From contig JALHMV010000003.1 in assembly GCA_022843855.1 (NCBI GenBank), forward strand, positions 6,560-70,559: DNA of 64,000 bases, written 5' to 3'. The notes under the pieces are model-generated. The model worked only from the letters and a program-made list of their open reading frames with translations, searched no databases and was not told the origin of the DNA. Position numbers and translations under genes: made by a program. Origin of the DNA: Patescibacteria group bacterium (GTDB lineage: Bacteria > Patescibacteriota > UBA1384 > 2-12-FULL-50-11). Of the stretch, positions 58,991-64,000 are shown one piece after another (within the stretch, counting starts at the first letter, position 1; the number at the start of each line of letters is the position of its first letter).

Positions 58991-59127
58991 CCGGCGTCCG
59001 GGCAGGGCGGTTTCATAGGAAGATCTACCATACTTCCGCGAAAAGCCTTACCAAACGCCGAATACGCGGATGAGCGGTGCCGCCCGAACGCTCACCTGCC
59101 AACTCGGCCCCACAAGCCGGACGCCGG
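58991..59127 (+). ncRNA. candidate structured RNA
   Basis: 11-bp closing stem CCGGCGTCCGG/CCGGACGCCGG with several internal complementary pairs; intergenic. The strand is assumed from the operon. Confidence 0.45.
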
Positions 59128-59138
59128 GCAGAAAAACG

Positions 59139-59291
59139 ATGAGCCGACACGACAAAGAAATGGCAATGATCGTAGCGATGTTCGTATTGGTCGCACTTGC
59201 CGTCTTTGCGGTCTGGTTCTCGGTTGTAATGATCGCGGATGCCCTTGATCACGACAAGGCACATCCGCCGAGTGCTTGGAAGGAGAAATGA
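59139..59291 (+). CDS. small single-TM protein (lysis cassette)
   Basis: MAMIVAMFVLVALAVFAVWFSVVMIA hydrophobic helix. Confidence 0.55.
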   Translation: MSRHDKEMAMIVAMFVLVALAVFAVWFSVVMIADALDHDKAHPPSAWKEK

Positions 59292-59292
59292 T

Positions 59293-59523
59293 ATGGAACA
59301 TAACTACCAACCGCTTTTGGTCGTGCTCGGCACTATCGTCCGGCACTTTCTAACCATCGTTGCTGGATGGCTGTTCGCCTACGGCGTGACGCAGGAGCAG
59401 GCGGACGCGGCGATCGACGCGAGCGTCGCGATCGTGCTTTCGCTGGTCACGACCGCCATAGCCCTCGCGTGGTCCTATATCTCGAAACGGAATGCGTTCG
59501 AAACACCAACGGAGAATCAATGA
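59293..59523 (+). CDS. putative holin (two TM helices)
   Basis: AAGGAG SD; GTIVRHFLTIVAGWLFAYG...IALAWSYISK. Confidence 0.75.
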   Translation: MEHNYQPLLVVLGTIVRHFLTIVAGWLFAYGVTQEQADAAIDASVAIVLSLVTTAIALAWSYISKRNAFETPTENQ

Positions 59524-59990
59524 AGCAACTACTTATCGCACTGATCGTTATCGGGAGCATGATACTGACCGGCTGCCCGAACAAGAGCATCCAGAAGGCG
59601 AAGGACGCAAGCTCGAAGCTCGCGTCCTATGCCAATGCCGGGGTGAACATTACGCGGGATCTATACCGCGAGAATGTCATTTCCAGAGACACGAAGGACC
59701 GCATCGCCGACGCCTTCATTCTGCTGGCAGACGGCGGGATCGCATTCGACCTGGCCGTGAAGAAGGCCGAGGAAGCATACGGATCTTCGGCGCCGAAGGC
59801 AGAGGTCGAGAGGCTTTTTGCCGTCTTCGACCGGGAGGTCGTCGCACGGTTCCTCGCTGTACTTGAAAAGCTTAAAGCCGTGACCAATGCGACCGCGTAT
59901 CTGGCGGTCATTGAATCACTAAAGGCCGCGATCCTGATCGTGGCCGGGGCTTTCGGCAAGAAGCAGGCCGTCGAGGGGAGGATAGGCTAA
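59520..59990 (+). CDS. helical lipoprotein, possible spanin component
   Basis: MKQLLIALIVIGSMILTGC lipobox; follows the holin. Confidence 0.75.
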   Translation: MKQLLIALIVIGSMILTGCPNKSIQKAKDASSKLASYANAGVNITRDLYRENVISRDTKDRIADAFILLADGGIAFDLAVKKAEEAYGSSAPKAEVERLFAVFDREVVARFLAVLEKLKAVTNATAYLAVIESLKAAILIVAGAFGKKQAVEGRIG

Positions 59991-60169
59991 TGGACAGCGT
60001 ATTTCTATTTGCAGCGATCGAGATCATCCGCAAGCTGATCACGATTGTCGGTAACGTCACGTTGAAGGAATCTCTGACGTGGCTAGAGGTCAAAGCGAAC
60101 GCGGAAGCGTTGCGCGAAGAGGGTCACGACGTAGAGCCAACGCCACCTGAGAAGCCAAATGGCCAGTAA
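59990..60169 (+). CDS. small hypothetical protein (59 aa)
   Basis: TAATG coupling; MDSVFLFAAIEIIRKLITIVGNVTLKESLTWLEVKANAEALREEG...; below the ORF-track cutoff. Confidence 0.6.
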   Translation: MDSVFLFAAIEIIRKLITIVGNVTLKESLTWLEVKANAEALREEGHDVEPTPPEKPNGQ

Positions 60170-61289
60170 TGGGTTACTACAAAAACAGTTGGCCGGGCTT
60201 CGGACGAAGCTAAGGACATTCGTGTCGTTAGGGGCTCGAGCTGTGTTCAACGCCATCGGCTTGACCACCAACCACAGGAGCGTGCTCACTCTCTACCCAG
60301 GCCCGGCCAACAACCCGTTCGTCGTGCAAGACAACCCATCGACGCACGTAATAACCCCGACTCTGTGCGTCGATCAGAACCTGGATTTCACCGGCATTAC
60401 CGGTCCACGGTATTTGATAGGCCAGATGATCAGGCAGTACGTGGGGTGCAGTGACGTTCCGGCCGGAAGCCCAGAGATCATCGGTAGCTGGGTCATACAG
60501 GCCAACAACATTGACGACAGTGGAAAACTGAGGATGACGGCCGGACAATTCCATTGCGAGGTCGAGCACCCGGTAGCGAACGCGGTCGGAGCCCGCAACT
60601 CCGCGGCGATCGGGAGTGGCTGGGCATACACGGAGGCGAACACCAACGTAGTCGTGGGAACCTTCGCTTACGCCGGGGTCGGTCACCAGTGGTCGAACTG
60701 CAAATCCGGGACCGCGGTAGTAGCAGAGGTCAGTAACACCGGAGCTGCCTACGGAACGGCCGATGAGGTCGTCAACGTAGAGATCAGGAACAACATCCGC
60801 GGCACTATCGATACGGTCAACGGAGCGATCACGGTCGGCCGGTACCGCGGCATCGCATTCACGCAGCCGTCTCAGTACGGCACCGAGGCTCCCGAGTTCG
60901 GAACTTACATCGGGATTCACTTCGAGAACACGTTTGACCACCTAGCAAATAACTCTACCGTCGAGAAATGGCTGATCAAATCAGAAAGCGTTCTTGAGTC
61001 TTACTTCAAGGGCAAGTTCAACTTTGACAACACCGTTGTAGCTCCGGCCGACACCGGGAATAAGACGATCGATAAACCTTCCGGTCAGGCGCGGATCGCA
61101 GCGGCCGGGACCAGTGTTGTTATCACCAATTCCCAGGTCACGCCAGACAGCGTGATCATCGCAACGGTCGCTTCGAACGACGCGACTCTCAAGACAGTGG
61201 CGGTCGTCGCAGGAACAGGATCGTTCACGATACATGGCAACGCAGCGGCTACCGCAGAAACCTTGATCAAGTGGATCGTTTTCAACTAG
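60159..61289 (+). CDS. fibre/adhesin-like beta protein
   Basis: N-terminal LLQKQLAGL; C-terminal SGQARIAAAGTSVVITNSQVTPDSVIIAT...GSFTI domain. Confidence 0.7.
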   Translation: MASNGLLQKQLAGLRTKLRTFVSLGARAVFNAIGLTTNHRSVLTLYPGPANNPFVVQDNPSTHVITPTLCVDQNLDFTGITGPRYLIGQMIRQYVGCSDVPAGSPEIIGSWVIQANNIDDSGKLRMTAGQFHCEVEHPVANAVGARNSAAIGSGWAYTEANTNVVVGTFAYAGVGHQWSNCKSGTAVVAEVSNTGAAYGTADEVVNVEIRNNIRGTIDTVNGAITVGRYRGIAFTQPSQYGTEAPEFGTYIGIHFENTFDHLANNSTVEKWLIKSESVLESYFKGKFNFDNTVVAPADTGNKTIDKPSGQARIAAAGTSVVITNSQVTPDSVIIATVASNDATLKTVAVVAGTGSFTIHGNAAATAETLIKWIVFN

Positions 61290-61299
61290 GAGTATAAAG

Positions 61300-61647
61300 A
61301 TGAAGAAACTGCTTTTAGCAATCACACTACTCGCACTGTTTGCTCTCCCGGCGCAGGCATCGTGGTATTCGGTAACGAATACCTGGACATACGGACAGGT
61401 GACACGAGACTCAAGCTGCGAGGAAGGGTCGGTCGCCATCATTGTATACGACGACCAAAGCAATGCGGTCGCCACAGGGCTCACCAATCAGTTCGGGTAC
61501 TACACTTCGTCTCCGTTTCAAGTGAACGGGGTTATGAATAACGCGGACACCGTGGCGACCGGAAAGCCCGGAACGGATTGGGCCCGCCATATCACTATCA
61601 TCGGTGGCGGCGGAAATCCCTTTAACTTCCACATTGACTGTGACTAA
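61300..61647 (+). CDS. secreted protein (Sec signal peptide)
   Basis: AGGAG SD; MKKLLLAITLLALFALPAQA; ATGLTNQFGYY beta-sandwich-like motif. Confidence 0.8.
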   Translation: MKKLLLAITLLALFALPAQASWYSVTNTWTYGQVTRDSSCEEGSVAIIVYDDQSNAVATGLTNQFGYYTSSPFQVNGVMNNADTVATGKPGTDWARHITIIGGGGNPFNFHIDCD

Positions 61648-61656
61648 GGCAAAGCA

Positions 61657-62442
61657 ATGGATCTACTTCAAAAACAATTAGCGTGGATGAAAGGCCTGTC
61701 CAGAAAAAAGCTCTCCGGTAGTGACGTTCTCGGTATGGTGGGCGGAGCATCGCTCCTAGGGGCTAGTCCAAAAGGAGGGCGCGTAATAGGGATCAATGGC
61801 ACGACCGATCTGTATACCGTGCCGGATGGAAGGGTTGCGGTCGGCGTGGGTTGGTTCCGAAACAACCCAACAGGCGGGGCGATCACGACCGGCATTGACA
61901 TTATCACCGGGGTAGACTCCATCAGGGTAAACACATCCCCGGCCTCCCTTGGCGCCGGTGTGGCTAATAACATCTCCATGGCGATCGGTTCGCTCATGTC
62001 GGCAGGCGACATACTGCGCGTGACCGACAGCGCGGCCGGGGTGGCTCACTCCTGGTCGATCGTTGAGGGGCCGGCCGATCTGAACTCCTTTCTCAAGGTC
62101 GCCCGATCATTCGGGATGTCCACAACGCCTGAAAAGATCTACGAAGCCCCGGCGGGAAAGATCGGCTCGCTAACAACCACCCCGCTCAGCGGCAGCAGCT
62201 CCCTGACCTGCTTCAATAACTCAGGTACGGGGGCGAAGACTGTTTCAGTGTACCTGGTACCGCCAGGGCAGGCCGTCGCCGCAGAGTACCTTATCGGGAC
62301 GGCGGCCCCTGCCGACAATGGCAATGGGGCGGCCGTGGGTGGTGTGCCGCATATCCCCTCCGGGTACGGCCTTTGGGTGACATCCTCCAATAATGACGCC
62401 GGCGTGAAATGCAGGGCGATTGTTGCGGAGTTCGACGCATAA
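61657..62442 (+). CDS. virion-type protein with two LYTVP-like beta modules
   Basis: MDLLQKQLAWM; TTDLYTVPDGR...AGDILRV; EKIYEAPAGK...TVSVYLVP. Confidence 0.75.
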   Translation: MDLLQKQLAWMKGLSRKKLSGSDVLGMVGGASLLGASPKGGRVIGINGTTDLYTVPDGRVAVGVGWFRNNPTGGAITTGIDIITGVDSIRVNTSPASLGAGVANNISMAIGSLMSAGDILRVTDSAAGVAHSWSIVEGPADLNSFLKVARSFGMSTTPEKIYEAPAGKIGSLTTTPLSGSSSLTCFNNSGTGAKTVSVYLVPPGQAVAAEYLIGTAAPADNGNGAAVGGVPHIPSGYGLWVTSSNNDAGVKCRAIVAEFDA

Positions 62443-62828
62443 TGAATCTACTCCGAAAAATGATCGAGAATCTCCGTAACCGCGTCAAGGCTCTTGAGTC
62501 TGGCGGGGGCGGAGGTGTTCCGTACCTAACATACGTTGCGGAGATCGACCAAAGCGGAACGGCAAACCCGACCGCTTTGGTGCGAGAAAACACGCTCGGT
62601 GTCGACGTGGTCTGGACGAGGGGCGGTGTCGGCTCCTATACAGGGGCATTTACGCCTGCGCTCGATCCCGGGGCAAAGGTGTGGCCTCGGATCCTAGAAG
62701 TGCAGCCGTTCCCGGGTGGGGCCGAGCTTTACGCCGAGGCAGGCAACTCTGGCATTAACATTTATGTGACGGGTGACAGCCAGTTGTATCGCTACCCGGT
62801 CGAAATCAGAATTTATCCAGATGCATAA
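62442..62828 (+). CDS. fibre-tip-like small protein
   Basis: MNLLRKMIENLRNRVKALESGGGGG; YVAEIDQSGTANP...ENTLG...WTRGGVGSY...VEIRIYP. Confidence 0.75.
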   Translation: MNLLRKMIENLRNRVKALESGGGGGVPYLTYVAEIDQSGTANPTALVRENTLGVDVVWTRGGVGSYTGAFTPALDPGAKVWPRILEVQPFPGGAELYAEAGNSGINIYVTGDSQLYRYPVEIRIYPDA

Positions 62829-63645
62829 AATACTAATCATCATCATCGCACTGCTCGCCCTCGGGGCGACCGACTGTAAGAAGAAGCCTTCGATGCCGGA
62901 CATCGTGAAGAAAGCGGCCTCGATGCCGAGCGGAGCGGTGGCCATTTCCACCAACTCGCAACAGCGGACGACGAAAGGGGCTCATCATCACGGCTTCAAA
63001 GATCTATCGCAAGCACAGCTCGACCTGATAGACATCGGCATCGATCAGCTCTACGCATCGGCGATCGCGGACGGCTTTAAGCCCGAGGCTCGCAAAGAGT
63101 ATTCGTGGTTCGTCGTCTCGACTCCGCCACTGCCCTGCATACCGTCCCCGGTCAGCCGGACGCCTAGCTTTGTTATCAACGGCGGGCCTTACTACGACGG
63201 AACCGAATGGGATCAATACAACACGAAAGGCGTCGGAGTGCCGGATGGCATCTCTGTGATCTTCGCGGCCGAGATGGTCCTGAGCATCGGGACGGAAATA
63301 TCTGTTCCGAACTACGCATGGATGTACGTCTGCCCCGACACGAGCGTGCTCGTCAATGCGGTTCGCTACGGCGGCGATCACGCCTTTCTAGCGAACTTCC
63401 CGTACACCGAGAAATACCGCACGACCGGGCCATACGACGGTTACGCATGGTTTAATGCGACGATAGTCCACGGGCCGGGGCATCCGCTGCTCCCGCGGCC
63501 GGCCTCGGCGCTCGAGGGCGGCTTTGAGGAAATGGTGAAGCTACCGGAAGGGCGAGAGGTCGAAGGGTCGAAGGATTTGGCTGACGCATTTGGCGTCGGC
63601 GAAGTGAAGTGGGTGACCGGTCAGGTAACGCGGCCGGCTAGATAG
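62821..63645 (+). CDS. putative lipoprotein
   Basis: MHKILIIIIALLALGATDCKKK signal ending in Cys. Confidence 0.7.
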   Translation: MHKILIIIIALLALGATDCKKKPSMPDIVKKAASMPSGAVAISTNSQQRTTKGAHHHGFKDLSQAQLDLIDIGIDQLYASAIADGFKPEARKEYSWFVVSTPPLPCIPSPVSRTPSFVINGGPYYDGTEWDQYNTKGVGVPDGISVIFAAEMVLSIGTEISVPNYAWMYVCPDTSVLVNAVRYGGDHAFLANFPYTEKYRTTGPYDGYAWFNATIVHGPGHPLLPRPASALEGGFEEMVKLPEGREVEGSKDLADAFGVGEVKWVTGQVTRPAR

Positions 63646-63688
63646 ATGGCCGAAAGGACATCGTAAAAAACAAAAGGAGAGAAAAAGC

Positions 63689-64000
63689 ATGAAACACATA
63701 CGAGTCATAGCATTTGCGTTCGCGATCTTGTTCGCGTTCGCGGCTTTCGTAGTGGTTTCGTCAGGCGAGCAGTCGGCATCGACGACGGCCGCGGCCTCCG
63801 AAGAGGTTCAGGATGTGACGCAGAGCGTTGCTCCCGACCTTTCGGGCGTTGTGGCCGCTGTACCGATGCCCGAAAGCGAACCCGCGAAAGCCATACGATT
63901 TAGGCATCGTGTCGTGTCTTCGGCCGAGCTTGCCAACTATACAAGCTGGATCGCCGAAGTGCCGATACCGCCGAACAAACCAACTACTTATCAGCCGTTC
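63689..64000 (+). CDS. exported/membrane-anchored protein (3' partial)
   Basis: AAGGAG SD; MKHIRVIAFAFAILFAFAAFVVVS; open to the window end. Confidence 0.65.
   Translation, partial: MKHIRVIAFAFAILFAFAAFVVVSSGEQSASTTAAASEEVQDVTQSVAPDLSGVVAAVPMPESEPAKAIRFRHRVVSSAELANYTSWIAEVPIPPNKPTTYQPF

Noticed and set aside
1-64000. Apparent GCGC under-use and CGATCG abundance
   Set aside because: An impression only. GCGC sites do occur, and a Markov-corrected k-mer count is needed before claiming restriction-site avoidance.

Overview
The window is a 64 kb segment of a high-GC tailed dsDNA phage genome with podovirus-type organisation. Essentially all genes are on the + strand, and there is no host gene, integrase or CRISPR array. 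Gene order: (1) replication/early module at 1-10.5 kb (DUF5131/Gp37Gp68, ASCH-like, J-domain protein, DnaB helicase, initiator with internal iterons, a tRNA with CAT anticodon, ParB-like, KTSC, HTH); (2) packaging and head (TerS, TerL, portal, scaffold, major capsid); (3) adaptor, nozzle and fibre genes with a glycosyltransferase/methyltransferase pair; (4) an ejection-protein operon containing a PAPS-reductase-like gene and a 6951-aa polyvalent DarB-like protein; (5) lysis genes and a cluster of secreted or adhesin-like genes. The most unusual signals are: three small +1-frame genes overprinted inside the giant ORF, each with its own Shine-Dalgarno and a switch in codon bias, sharing an M-x-x-[LI]-R-x3-P-x-[LAI]-[ST] motif; three copies of a sigma70 promoter + conserved leader + intrinsic terminator unit heading the head/tail, ejection and lysis operons, next to a Com-like zinc-ribbon gene; a repeated M-x-S-[IV] delimiter between domains of the giant protein; and a ~140-nt structured intergenic RNA candidate in the lysis cassette. 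Family names come from motif recognition by eye; no database search was run.
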